Origin: Candidatus Aminicenantes bacterium
GTDB taxonomy: Bacteria; Acidobacteriota; Aminicenantia; Aminicenantales; JAFGAV01
Length of the DNA: 64,000 nucleotides
NCBI GenBank assembly: GCA_016933515.1
Contig: JAFGAV010000113.1
Coordinates: 19,023 to 83,022 of the forward strand
Reading direction: 5' to 3'
Under the pieces are notes generated by a model. That model saw only the letters and a program-made list of their open reading frames with translations, did no database searches and had not been told where the DNA came from. Each line of letters opens with the position of its first letter. The stretch's first letter is position 1. Shown here in pieces: positions 50,840 through 60,472 of the stretch. Position numbers and translations under genes: made by a program.

Positions 50840-52001
50840 GGCGGCTCTCCTCGAGGACGCTTCGGAAAATCCCTTCCATCTTTCGGGCCTGCGTTTCCGC
50901 CCGGAATTCCCTTGCCACCGACTTCCGGGCGTTTCCGACGACGCGGGCAACCTCCGCTTTTTTCCTGGAAAAAAAATCGACAAGCGCCCCGGCCAGGGCT
51001 TCGGGACGGTTCGACTCGACGAGGAAGCCGTTGACGCCGTGCCGGATGATCTCGGGCACGCCTCCCGTCGCCACGGCCAGGACGGGAATCCCGGCGGCCT
51101 GAGCCTCGACGATCGTCCGGCCGAAGGATTCGACCCGGGACGCCGAAACAAGAAGGCTCATGAGCGGCAGAACGGAGAACACGTCCGCGAACGAGCCGGC
51201 GAATCGGACGTCGCCCTCGACGTCCCGCCGGACGGCCGTTTCCCGAAGCCGGCCGAGGAAACGCCCGCCGGCGGCCGGACCGACGAACAACACTTTCAAT
51301 CCCTTTACCCTCCCGCGGACCAGGGCCAGGGCCTCGACCATTTCAGCCTGCCCTTTCGCCGGAGCGAGCCTGCCGACCACGCCTACGACCCTGTCCGGGA
51401 CGCGCAGCCCAAGTTTTTTCCTCAAGGCGGGATCGGGCGCGGGCTTCGTGCGGGGAATGAGAATTCCGTTGTGAACGACATCAACCCCCGGCGCCGGTCT
51501 GAACGCCGCGCCGGTGGCCAGGGAATTGACTACGACTCTCCGCGACAGGCGGCGGATAACCCGGACGAAAAGCCGGTTGCCCAGAAAGAAGCGGAGCAGA
51601 GGGCGCGGACCCGAAAGGATCTCATGAATGATCCAGACGTGGGGCCGTCCGGCGAGCCGCGCCGCCAACGCGCCGCCCACGGCGGCCGCCGAATTCGAGC
51701 ACACGAGATCGATGCCGCGCCTTCGGATCAGGCGCCGCAGCCGGAAAACGGACCGGATGTTCCACAGCCAGGCCGGCGGCTGCCTCCAAGCGGTTCCGGG
51801 AGCCGAAAGCCACCATTTCATGGGGACGACAACCGAGGGAATGTTCAAGGCCTCGGCTTCCTTGCGGAGAGGACCGCTTCGCGGGACGACAAGGAGAGGC
51901 CGGAAAACACGCCGATCCAGAGACCGCAGAAGATCGAGCAGCATGCGCTCGGCGCCGTTGAGCTCGGCGGTATGGGATACGAAAAGCACCCTCGCCGGCA
52001 T
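50829..52001 (-). CDS. GT4 family glycosyltransferase
   Basis: SHTAELNGAE, VGRL..AKGQ, ESFGRTIVEAQAAG.PV. Confidence 0.92.
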   Translation of the reverse strand: MPARVLFVSHTAELNGAERMLLDLLRSLDRRVFRPLLVVPRSGPLRKEAEALNIPSVVVPMKWWLSAPGTAWRQPPAWLWNIRSVFRLRRLIRRRGIDLVCSNSAAAVGGALAARLAGRPHVWIIHEILSGPRPLLRFFLGNRLFVRVIRRLSRRVVVNSLATGAAFRPAPGVDVVHNGILIPRTKPAPDPALRKKLGLRVPDRVVGVVGRLAPAKGQAEMVEALALVRGRVKGLKVLFVGPAAGGRFLGRLRETAVRRDVEGDVRFAGSFADVFSVLPLMSLLVSASRVESFGRTIVEAQAAGIPVLAVATGGVPEIIRHGVNGFLVESNRPEALAGALVDFFSRKKAEVARVVGNARKSVAREFRAETQARKMEGIFRSVLEESRRGR

Positions 52002-52004
52002 ATC

Positions 52005-53132
52005 TCAGACCACGCTCCTGTAGAATTCCAGGGTTTGCCGGGCGGTTTCCGCCCACCGGAAGCGGCGGGCCCGTTGCGCGCCCCTGCTGGAGAGGTCGCG
52101 TCTCAGGGAGTCGTCCTCGAGAAGCCGGAGGACGGCATCGGTGAGGGACGCGGCGTCCTGGGGGTCGAAAAGGAGCGCCGCATCGCCGGCGACTTCGGGC
52201 AGGGCCGAAACCGAAGAGACGGCTGCGGGAAGCCCGGCGGCCATGGCCTCCAGAAGCGGAAGCCCGAAGCCCTCGCACAGGGAGGGAAGAACAAAAGCGG
52301 TCGCCAGGCGATAGAAGCCCTTCAACTCCATCTGCGGGACGTAGCCCGGCATGAGGACCGACGTCTCGAGTCCGAGGCGCCTCACCGCGGCCTTGACGTT
52401 GTCGAAATCTCCGCCCGCGCGCCCGGCGAGGACCAGGACGGCCTCCGGCCGACGGTTGAGGACGCCCGGCCAGCTCTCCACGAGCCGCGGCAGGTTTTTC
52501 CTCGGCTCAAAAGCGCCGACGAACAGGACGAACGTCTCCGGGAGGGCGTATCGGCGCCGCAGTCCTTCCAGGTCCTCCGGGGACGGCGGCTCGAAAAATC
52601 CCGGGTCGACCCCGAGCGGAACGGCGCGGACGGCGGTTTCGTCCGCGCCCAACCGCTCCAGAATCACCCGGCGGGAATACTCGGAAATCGTGATCACACC
52701 GTCGGCCCGGGCTACCGCCGCGGCGGCCCGTCGGGAAAACTCCCGTCGCGCTTCCGCGTCGGCAAGCTCGGGGTGCTCGAGGAAAAAAAGGTCGCAGACG
52801 GTCACGATCTTCCGTCCCCGTGTGGGAAGAAAGAGCGGCACCGGAGAATGCGTCACGTCCAACCGCGTTCCGAAAAAGGAATCGAGCGTCGGCCTTCCGA
52901 ACCTGTACCAGAGGGCATTCACCAGGCGCACGGGCAGCCGGACGTCCCGAAAGCGCTGCCTGGCGAATCCGGGAAGCTTGCTCCGGGGAAAACGGTCCTT
53001 CCACGACGAGGAAAACAGAAAATACTCGTTTTCCCGGTCGACGGCGGCCAGCTCGCGGAGAAGGTTTCTGAAGTAAACGCCGACGCCCGTCTCTTCCTTG
53101 AGAAACGGCCGGAGGTCGAAGCCGATGCGCAT
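52005..53132 (-). CDS. GT4 family (group 1) glycosyltransferase
   Basis: TGVGVY, EPRKN, PSLCEGFGLPLLEAMAAG. Confidence 0.93.
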   Translation of the reverse strand: MRIGFDLRPFLKEETGVGVYFRNLLRELAAVDRENEYFLFSSSWKDRFPRSKLPGFARQRFRDVRLPVRLVNALWYRFGRPTLDSFFGTRLDVTHSPVPLFLPTRGRKIVTVCDLFFLEHPELADAEARREFSRRAAAAVARADGVITISEYSRRVILERLGADETAVRAVPLGVDPGFFEPPSPEDLEGLRRRYALPETFVLFVGAFEPRKNLPRLVESWPGVLNRRPEAVLVLAGRAGGDFDNVKAAVRRLGLETSVLMPGYVPQMELKGFYRLATAFVLPSLCEGFGLPLLEAMAAGLPAAVSSVSALPEVAGDAALLFDPQDAASLTDAVLRLLEDDSLRRDLSSRGAQRARRFRWAETARQTLEFYRSVV

Positions 53133-53140
53133 GGACCCCA

Positions 53141-53169
53141 AATGTATGCGCAACCCCTTGAAAAGTCAA
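53141..53169 (-). promoter_or_regulatory. sigma70 promoter of GT cluster; abuts TSD of MITE copy 4
   Basis: TTGACT-17-TACATT on the minus strand. Confidence 0.85.
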
Positions 53170-53178
53170 CGCGGTCCG

Positions 53179-53260
53179 GGCTCTATAACGCATTGTGTGG
53201 TGAATTCCAGTCTGAGGCCCAATGCTCACGCTGAAGGACCACCCAAAACGTCAGGAAGCC
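53179..53260 (+). mobile_element. 82-bp MITE, copy 4
   Basis: Perfect 9-bp TSD CGCGGTCCG on both sides. Confidence 0.95.
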
Positions 53261-53279
53261 CGCGGTCCGACGGCCCGTC

Positions 53280-53308
53280 TTGCCTGCGCCTGCGGAGTCT
53301 GTTAAGAT
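53280..53308 (+). promoter_or_regulatory. sigma70 promoter of M20 gene
   Basis: TTGCCT-17-TAAGAT with extended TG. Confidence 0.7.
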
Positions 53309-53338
53309 GATTTCCAATCGACGGGTTTGAGGATTCCC

Positions 53339-54568
53339 ATGGACGCATTCGAAAAAATCTCCAAACGCATTGACTCCTATCGGGACGAAATGATCGAAGC
53401 CCAGGTCCGGCTCTGCTCCCACCCGGCCGTCGCCCCCTCGTCCGGAGGCGAGGGGGAGGCCCGAAAAGCGGAATACCTCCTGGGGCTGCTGAAAACGATC
53501 GGGTTCCAGGACATCTCCCTGGTCAAGGCGCCGGACCCCGACGCGCCGTCCGGCTTTCGGCCGAACATCCTGGCCTGGTTCAAGGGCCGCAGCGCCGCCC
53601 GCACGGTGTGGGTCATGACCCACATGGACGTCGTTCCTCCCGGCGACCTGGCGCTGTGGCGGGGAGATCCGTTCAAAGCCTGGATCGAGGAAGGACGGAT
53701 CTACGGCCGAGGAACCGAGGACAACCAGCAGGACATGGTGGCCTCCCTGTTCGCCGTCAAGGCCCTGTCCGAGGAAGGTCTCATTCCCCCGAACGACATC
53801 GCCGTCGCCCTGGTGGCCGACGAGGAGACGGGCAGCGAAAAAGGCATCGGCTATGTTCTCGCCCATTCCAATCCGTTCAGGAAAAACGACCTCATCCTCG
53901 TCCCGGACGCCGGAAGCCCGGACGGTTCGATGATCGAAGTGGCCGAGAAGAGCATTCTGTGGCTGAAGTTCAAGACGCAGGGCAAGCAGACCCACGGCTC
54001 GACCCCCGAAAAGGGCAACAACAGCTTCCGGGCGGCGAGCTCTCTCGTCGTCGACCTGGGGAAGCTCTACCGGCTTTTCCCCGAGTCGAACAGGATCTTC
54101 GACCCGCCCACATCAACGTTCGAACCGACCAAGAAAGAAGCCAACGTCCCCAACATCAACACCATTCCCGGCGATGACGTGTTCTACATGGACAGCCGCA
54201 TCCTGCCCGCCACCGACGTGGAGGACGTCCTGAAAGCGGTCCGGCGCCTGACGCGGCGTGTGGAGAAGACATTCGAAGTCAAAATCCAAATCGAGGAAGT
54301 GCAAAACGCCCCTGCCGCCCCGCCGACGAGCGTCCGGGCGCCCGTGGTGCAGGCTCTCAAGAAGGCGGTCAAGGCGGTCTACGGCGTCACGGGCCGGGCC
54401 CAGGGAATCGGAGGCGGAACGGTGGCGGCACTGTTCCGCCGGGCCGGCTTCGAGGCCGCTTGTTGGTCGAAGCTCGACGACACCCTCCACCAGCCCAACG
54501 AATATTGCGTCATCGACAACTTGATGGGCGATTCCAAAGTCTTCGCCCACGTCTTTCTTCAGGAATGA
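53339..54568 (+). CDS. M20 family metallohydrolase (DapE/ArgE-like)
   Basis: THMDVVP, GRGTEDN, DEETGS, HGSTP, HQPNEY. Confidence 0.93.
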   Translation: MDAFEKISKRIDSYRDEMIEAQVRLCSHPAVAPSSGGEGEARKAEYLLGLLKTIGFQDISLVKAPDPDAPSGFRPNILAWFKGRSAARTVWVMTHMDVVPPGDLALWRGDPFKAWIEEGRIYGRGTEDNQQDMVASLFAVKALSEEGLIPPNDIAVALVADEETGSEKGIGYVLAHSNPFRKNDLILVPDAGSPDGSMIEVAEKSILWLKFKTQGKQTHGSTPEKGNNSFRAASSLVVDLGKLYRLFPESNRIFDPPTSTFEPTKKEANVPNINTIPGDDVFYMDSRILPATDVEDVLKAVRRLTRRVEKTFEVKIQIEEVQNAPAAPPTSVRAPVVQALKKAVKAVYGVTGRAQGIGGGTVAALFRRAGFEAACWSKLDDTLHQPNEYCVIDNLMGDSKVFAHVFLQE

Positions 54569-55542
54569 CTGGCTGGCGGCCGAGACGGTAAAATCCTGAA
54601 CCGGCGCAGGGTCTTCTGGGCGACGGAGATCGTATTGAGGTGGATGGCGACCACGTCCTCCACGTCGGCCGCATAGCCGCCGGCCAGAACCACAGTCAAA
54701 GGGATGCCGAGGCGCCGGGCGTTTTCAATCACGATCCTGTCTCTCTCGCGCAGCCCCTCCCGGGTCACCTTCAAGCCGCCCAGCTGGTCGCCCACAAAGG
54801 GATCGGCGCCGGCCAGGTAGAAAACGATGTCGGGCGCGAATTCCCGGTACAAACGCGGAAAATAGGCGTTCATGGCCGACAAATATTCCTCGTCCCCGTC
54901 TCCGGACCACAGGCCGACATCCACGGTGCTCGGCGGCTTCTCGGCCGGGTAGACGTCCATCTGATGAATGGAGAACGTGAACACGAATCCCTGGCGGGAA
55001 AAGATTGAAGCCGTGCCGTTCCCCTGATGGAGATCGCAGTCGACGATCATGGCTTTTTGAATTTTCCTCTCGACCTTGAGCTTGAGGCAGGACACGGCCA
55101 CGTCGTTGAGCAGGCAGAATCCCTCGCCGTGGTCGGGGAAGGCGTGGTGGAAACCGCCGCCCAAATGAACGGCCAGGCCGCACCGCAGGGCCTGCTCGGC
55201 GGCGATGACCGTGCCGCCGACGCTCAAGAAGGCGAAACGGACAAGGTCCGGAGAAAAGGGAAGCTCGAGAGCCGTCGCCTCGGCGTGGGACAGGCCTCCC
55301 GTCTTGAGCTTGCGGAGGTATTTGGGCGTATGGACCAAGAGGAGATCTTTTTCCGTCGCCGGACGCGGCTTCAAAAAATCCTCCCGCCGGGCGCCGCGGG
55401 AGGCCAGCCTCTCGTAGACCATGCGGTATTTTTTCACCGGAAAGACATGCTTGGCCGTGGGCCACATCCAGTACTCGGGGCTGTAGACATAGCTCAGCCT
55501 TTGTCGTCCGAGAGGAAGGAGGAAGGACAGGATGTTCGGCAT
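54559..55542 (-). CDS. Histone deacetylase family (Zn-dependent deacetylase)
   Basis: GGFHHA..GEGFC..ND, DCDLHQGNGT, GADP..GD.LG, LAGGY. Confidence 0.95.
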   Translation of the reverse strand: MPNILSFLLPLGRQRLSYVYSPEYWMWPTAKHVFPVKKYRMVYERLASRGARREDFLKPRPATEKDLLLVHTPKYLRKLKTGGLSHAEATALELPFSPDLVRFAFLSVGGTVIAAEQALRCGLAVHLGGGFHHAFPDHGEGFCLLNDVAVSCLKLKVERKIQKAMIVDCDLHQGNGTASIFSRQGFVFTFSIHQMDVYPAEKPPSTVDVGLWSGDGDEEYLSAMNAYFPRLYREFAPDIVFYLAGADPFVGDQLGGLKVTREGLRERDRIVIENARRLGIPLTVVLAGGYAADVEDVVAIHLNTISVAQKTLRRFRILPSRPPASHS

Positions 55543-55559
55543 GTCGGCAAAGGACCCCT

Positions 55560-55588
55560 ACCATACCAGAAAACCGGTCCGAGGTAAA
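55560..55588 (-). promoter_or_regulatory. sigma70 promoter of deacetylase gene; abuts TSD of MITE copy 5
   Basis: TTTACC-17-TATGGT with extended TG on the minus strand. Confidence 0.65.
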
Positions 55589-55597
55589 CGGAAGTCC

Positions 55598-55679
55598 GGC
55601 TCCATGACGTTTTGTGCGGTCCTTCAGCGTGAGCATTGGCCCTCAGACTGGAATCCACCACACAATGCGTCATAGAGCC
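55598..55679 (-). mobile_element. 82-bp MITE, copy 5
   Basis: Perfect 9-bp TSD CGGAAGTCC on both sides; reverse orientation. Confidence 0.95.
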
Positions 55680-55877
55680 CGGAAGTCCTCGCCGCCGTGA
55701 GCGCCCGGCGAAGACATCCCCATCGAGGAGGCGGACCGGCAGGAACGCGTTGCTGGGAACGAGCGGGGGGAGGCGGAGATTGCGGGTCCGGGATGAGGTC
55801 GCTCGGAAGGCTCTGCCCGTGAAAGAGGACGGCCGTCCGCGGGCGGAGCGGAGATGCGGGAAGCGACGGAAAAAAGC

Positions 55878-55907
55878 TTGAAATCGGCGGACGAAAATCA
55901 CTATGAT
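55878..55907 (+). promoter_or_regulatory. Putative sigma70 promoter of proline dehydrogenase
   Basis: TTGAAA-18-TATGAT. Confidence 0.65.
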
Positions 55908-55950
55908 AGACGCTCATGGCAAATCCCATGCCTCCCAAGGAGACCGTCCC

Positions 55951-56796
55951 ATGAAACTTTTCACCCGAATGGCCGGGAGCTTCGTCGCCGGCGAGACGGC
56001 CGAAGAAGCGCTCAAACAGGTTCGCAAGCTCAAGGACAAAGGCATTATGGTCACTCTCGACATCCTGGGCGAGAGCGTCACGGACCGCGCCCAGGCGGAC
56101 AAGGCCGTCCAGGATTACCTCGATCTCTTGGACATTCTGAAAGAGAACAAGGAAGACTGTCACGTCTCCCTGAAACTGACCCAAATGGGGCTGGACATCG
56201 AAGAGGAATACTGCTACCGAAACATGGTCAGGATCGTCTCCAAGGCCAAGGAGAGCGGCCGTTTCGTCCGCATCGACATGGAAGGCTCGGATGTGACCCA
56301 GAAGACCCTGGACATCTTCTACCGCTTGAGGAAAGAGTTCGACAACGTCGGCATCGCCGTCCAGGCCTACCTCCACCGCACGGCGAAGGATGTGGACGAC
56401 ATCATCAAGGCCAAGGGCAAGATCCGGCTTTGCAAGGGCGCCTACAAGGAGCCGGCCAAGGTGGCCATCAAGAAGATGAAGGACATCCGCGAAAACTTCA
56501 TCAAGCTGACGGAAACGCTTCTTCGGGAAAGCGACTATCCCGCAATCGGCTCCCACGACGGCAAAATCATCGAATGGACCAAGGCATACGTCGAGGAGAA
56601 CAAGATTCCCCGCGACGCCTTCGAATTCCAGCTCCTCTACGGCCTGCGGAACAAGACCCAGCAGAAGCTCGCCGCCGACGGCTGGCGCGTCCGCGCCTAC
56701 GTGCCCTTCGGCACGCATTGGTTTCCCTACTTTTTCCGCCGCCTGCGGGAGCGCAAGGAAAACGTCTTCGTCGTTTTGAAGAACATGTTCCGCTGA
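55951..56796 (+). CDS. putB: Monofunctional proline dehydrogenase
   Basis: FVAGET, LGE, SLKLTQMG, RIDME, RLCKGAY.E, FQLLYG, YVPFG..W.PY..RRL.ER. Confidence 0.93.
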   Translation: MKLFTRMAGSFVAGETAEEALKQVRKLKDKGIMVTLDILGESVTDRAQADKAVQDYLDLLDILKENKEDCHVSLKLTQMGLDIEEEYCYRNMVRIVSKAKESGRFVRIDMEGSDVTQKTLDIFYRLRKEFDNVGIAVQAYLHRTAKDVDDIIKAKGKIRLCKGAYKEPAKVAIKKMKDIRENFIKLTETLLRESDYPAIGSHDGKIIEWTKAYVEENKIPRDAFEFQLLYGLRNKTQQKLAADGWRVRAYVPFGTHWFPYFFRRLRERKENVFVVLKNMFR

Positions 56797-56883
56797 GGGA
56801 ACGGGTCCTCGTCCCCTTTTCCCTCCATCCTGAGGGAGAAAACCTCCGGCTTCCGCCGGCAAAAAAGAAAGGAGAATCCGGCG

Positions 56884-58116
56884 ATGAACGATCCGCGACG
56901 CTTCAACCGGCGGGAATTCCTCAGGAGGTCCGCCGCGGCCGCAGCGGCGGGTCTGGCCGGCGGCCTGGCCGGACAGTCGGCGTTCGCCGAAGCGGATCCG
57001 GTCGGCGAAGCCGCGCGGAAGGTCGGGCGGCTGCCGCGCCGCAAGCTGGGCCCGAGCGGACGCGAGGTGAGCGTTCTCATCGGCGCCGGAGACCTGGCCC
57101 CGGCGCCGGCCGAAGCGGCCATCCTGTGCGGCGTCAACTTCTGGCACAAGGCCAACCGTTGGGCGCGGAACGGGGCTCCGGAAGCCGTCCTGAAAAACCG
57201 GGAGGCGCATTACTGTCAGGTGACCGTGGACCGCGTCGGTGGAAACCATGAAGTCGGCCGGATCGACGAGCAGGCGCATTACGATTTCGTCAAGGAGATG
57301 ATCGCGCGCACCGGCCTCCGTTATTTCGACGACATGCAGCTGCACTACGGATACCACAACCGGGCCGAGGTCAAAGCCGAACGCGGCTTCGTCCGGGCTT
57401 TCGAACGGTTGAAAAAGGAAGGCCTGGTCAAGCATCTCTGCCTATCCCAGCACGGCTACGCCGGGAACGCCCGGGTGCCGGGCGGCGAGAGCGCCGCCGA
57501 GATCCTGACCGCGGTCGTCGAGGACGGTCTCTACGAGCACGCCCAGATCATCTATTCCTACGGTCCGGACAAGGACATCAACGACTTTCTGAGCTTGGCC
57601 CGCAGGAAGAATTTCGGGACGATCGCCATGAAAACCGCCCGGGGCCTGGGCCGGATGAAGCAGGACGGGGATTTCATGGCCGCGCTGCCCGAGGGCGCGG
57701 CTCCCCACAACGCGCTCGTCCGCTGGCTGACCACGGCCACGGAACTCGACGCCGTCGTCATCCGCGTCCGCAGCCTGGACGAATTCGTCGAGACGTTCTC
57801 GGGCGCCGGAAAACCGCTGAGGAGCGCGGACGCAACCGCCGTCGCGTTGATGACCGCCCGGGCCGACAGGACGGCCTGCCGCCTGTGCACCGCCTGCCAG
57901 CCCCATTGTCCCCAACGCGTGCCCATCGCCGAGATCCTGCGCTTCGAGCGCTACGCTTTGGACGACGGGGATTGGCAGAAAGCCCGAGCGCTCTATGCCG
58001 GGCTCGAACGCCGGGCCGACGCCTGCCGGGCCTGCGGGACGTGCGTGGCGCATTGCCCTCTGGGTTTGCCCATCCCCGAGAAGCTGGCCGCGGCCCACGC
58101 CGTTCTTTCCGCCTGA
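56884..58116 (+). CDS. Tat-signal aldo/keto-reductase-like protein with C-terminal 4Fe-4S dicluster
   Basis: NRREFL, LPRRKLG, LKKEG.VKH, IAMKT, CRLCTACQPHCP, CRACGTCVAHCP. Confidence 0.82.
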   Translation: MNDPRRFNRREFLRRSAAAAAAGLAGGLAGQSAFAEADPVGEAARKVGRLPRRKLGPSGREVSVLIGAGDLAPAPAEAAILCGVNFWHKANRWARNGAPEAVLKNREAHYCQVTVDRVGGNHEVGRIDEQAHYDFVKEMIARTGLRYFDDMQLHYGYHNRAEVKAERGFVRAFERLKKEGLVKHLCLSQHGYAGNARVPGGESAAEILTAVVEDGLYEHAQIIYSYGPDKDINDFLSLARRKNFGTIAMKTARGLGRMKQDGDFMAALPEGAAPHNALVRWLTTATELDAVVIRVRSLDEFVETFSGAGKPLRSADATAVALMTARADRTACRLCTACQPHCPQRVPIAEILRFERYALDDGDWQKARALYAGLERRADACRACGTCVAHCPLGLPIPEKLAAAHAVLSA

Positions 58117-58214
58117 TAAAAGAGCGGCATCGCCTCTCCTCTATCGTTTTTCCGTTCAAATCGAGAGGGTTTTTTCCTCTTCCTTCCCCGCTCGTTCAGG
58201 AACCGCGCCGCGGG

Positions 58215-59849
58215 CTATTTCAGGGGCGCGTGATATTTTTTCCCGTCCAGGGGCGACCAGTACCCGAAGCTTTCCTCCTGGACGCGGCACCGGCCTTCGG
58301 ACGTCCAGCGGACGCCGTAGTTGTAGCCGAACCATAGGTATTCGTCCCCGCCGCCGTTCTCGGTGGTGATGATGTAACGGGCGGCGACATTCCCGATGCC
58401 CAGGGCCTTGTCCCCGGCGGGAGCGCCCTCGCCCCGGTCGCCCTTGTTGACGTCGAACGGCAGCCAGCCGTAGGGCGGCAGATAAACTTCCGTCCAGCGG
58501 TGAAAGACGTCGTCGACGCTGGCGTCGTCGCCCCGGAGGCTCACGGCCCCGACGTAGCGGATGGGAACGCCCAGGGAACGGCAGAGAGCGATCATGGCGT
58601 AGGAGTATTCGGAGCACGAGGCCGTCCCCCGACGAAGAACGGTCGGGGCGGGATTCCAGCCGCCCACGGGCTTGAGATTGTAGCTCAGGTTGTCGGCCAG
58701 GTATTCATAGATCCGCCGCACGATCCAGTACGGATTCTTCTCCTGCCCGGCGATCTTCCGGGCGAGTTCCCGGATAAAGGGATCGCTCAGCCGGTACTTG
58801 TCGCCGTCTTGAGTGTACTTCCGTCTGATGTCCGCCGGGATGTCGTCCAGGGCGCCGATCCGGTCGGGGTAAAGGAAATATTCGACCGCACAGATTTCGG
58901 CCTCCGCTCTCCAGGCCGGACGGACGACCGCGCATCCCTTGAGGTCCCGGTAGGCGAAATGGGCGATCTTCTGTCCCCAGGCATCCTCGATGATCTCGGC
59001 CGGCTCGTCGCCGAACGCGACAGGGCCGAGAAGCTTCTGGTTGTCCCGGTCCTCGGGAAGGGGCAGATAGACATCCAAGCTCGTGACCGTCCCCGGGCCG
59101 TAGTTGCGGAATTCCTTGACGAAATCGAGCGCCAGTGTCTTTTTGTCCCACTTGGTCAGGATGTTGGAATCAAAGACCCGAATCTTGTAGATTTCGTCGT
59201 TTTCGTAATCGACGCACCACAGGGCGTCGCCTCCCCAAGCCATCCCGGAAGGAAACGGGCCGTAAGAGCGAAGCGAGGAGAGATAGAGGCCGTCCGCGGG
59301 ATTGAGGAGGTAGACGCGGTCTGCGCCCCTGTCGGCGACCCAAAGGTATTTTCCGTCGAAGGTCAGGCCCGTGGGCTCGCCGGAGGGCGCGCCGACGGTC
59401 TGGACCATCATCCCGTCCACGGTCGAGACCTTGATCAGGATGTCGCTCCGGAAATCGGCGATCCAGACGTATTCGCCGTCGAAAGCCAGGTCGCGGGGGC
59501 TGGGGCTGTTCGATTCGAGGACGGAAAGGGCTTTCCCCGTCTCGGGATCGAGCTTGTACATCAGCCTCTCCCCCGAATCGACGTGCCAGAGATGACGGCC
59601 GTCCCAGGCCAATCCTTCGGGGTGATGGCCCGGAGCGTCGAAGCTCCGGAGCGTCTCGCCGGTCTCGGGGTCGATCTTGTAAATCTTGTCCGTAAAATCC
59701 TCCGCCAGCCAGAGATGCTGTCCGTCGAAAGCCAGGCCGGTCGGGCGCGGCCCCGGCGTCTTGATGACCTTGAGCACATCGCCGACCGTTCCCCAGGAGA
59801 GGGCGGCGCAGAATACGATAAGGCAGAGACAAAAACCCAATTTTTTCAT
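58215..59849 (-). CDS. Secreted beta-propeller plus transglutaminase-like domain protein
   Basis: Signal peptide; five GLA[FW]DG..LW-type repeats; triad ASCSEY / FHRWTEVY / WLPFD. Confidence 0.88.
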   Translation of the reverse strand: MKKLGFCLCLIVFCAALSWGTVGDVLKVIKTPGPRPTGLAFDGQHLWLAEDFTDKIYKIDPETGETLRSFDAPGHHPEGLAWDGRHLWHVDSGERLMYKLDPETGKALSVLESNSPSPRDLAFDGEYVWIADFRSDILIKVSTVDGMMVQTVGAPSGEPTGLTFDGKYLWVADRGADRVYLLNPADGLYLSSLRSYGPFPSGMAWGGDALWCVDYENDEIYKIRVFDSNILTKWDKKTLALDFVKEFRNYGPGTVTSLDVYLPLPEDRDNQKLLGPVAFGDEPAEIIEDAWGQKIAHFAYRDLKGCAVVRPAWRAEAEICAVEYFLYPDRIGALDDIPADIRRKYTQDGDKYRLSDPFIRELARKIAGQEKNPYWIVRRIYEYLADNLSYNLKPVGGWNPAPTVLRRGTASCSEYSYAMIALCRSLGVPIRYVGAVSLRGDDASVDDVFHRWTEVYLPPYGWLPFDVNKGDRGEGAPAGDKALGIGNVAARYIITTENGGGDEYLWFGYNYGVRWTSEGRCRVQEESFGYWSPLDGKKYHAPLK

Positions 59850-60010
59850 AGCCGTCTCCTTTTTTCTTTTGATTATACTATACGGGGTTGCGTCTACACT
59901 TTCCAATTATATTAGCGCTTCCGGGGCGAGGCGGCGCGGCGCTTCGAGCGCCGGAGCGGCCTCCGCCGTCCACGCTGCGGATTTCGGTAAAAATGGCCTG
60001 TCCGGAACAC

Positions 60011-60472
60011 TCAGGCCGGAGGGCGTTGCCGCCGCCGGGCGAGAACTTCGTCCAGGGAGAGGCGGTCTCGGAAGCCGAGCAGAATCATCACCGACATTCC
60101 GAGGAGAACAAAATCCTGAATGAGAAGGAGGGCGTCGGCCTTGCCGCTGAAACTTCCGAAGCAGCCGCATGAGACGTCCAGGCCGCTGATGATCGTGGCC
60201 GCCACGAGAACGATGAATCCCGTCAGAAAAAGGGAGGCGGACAACGCGGCCGGTCTGCGGAACAGGCCCAGAATGAGGAGAACTCCGCAGGCCGTTTCGA
60301 CATACGGCAGGGCCAGAGCCAGGAAAAAAGCCGCCGGACGCGGGAACACACGGTAGGCCTCGATGCTCCGGGCGAAGGCCATAGGGTCGAGCACTTTGAT
60401 CACTCCCGCCCAGAGGAACACCCCGCCGACGACGATCCGGAACAGCGGGATGAACCGGCTGATAAAATTCAT
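60011..60472 (-). CDS. MauE/DoxX family membrane protein
   Basis: GGVFLWAGVIK, LPYVE..G..LILG, SCGCFG. Confidence 0.88.
   Translation of the reverse strand: MNFISRFIPLFRIVVGGVFLWAGVIKVLDPMAFARSIEAYRVFPRPAAFFLALALPYVETACGVLLILGLFRRPAALSASLFLTGFIVLVAATIISGLDVSCGCFGSFSGKADALLLIQDFVLLGMSVMILLGFRDRLSLDEVLARRRQRPPA

Noticed and set aside
50505..53234. 909-aa plus-strand ORF
   Set aside because: Antisense shadow of well-supported glycosyltransferase genes; Arg/Pro/Gly-rich with no motifs, as expected in GC-rich DNA.
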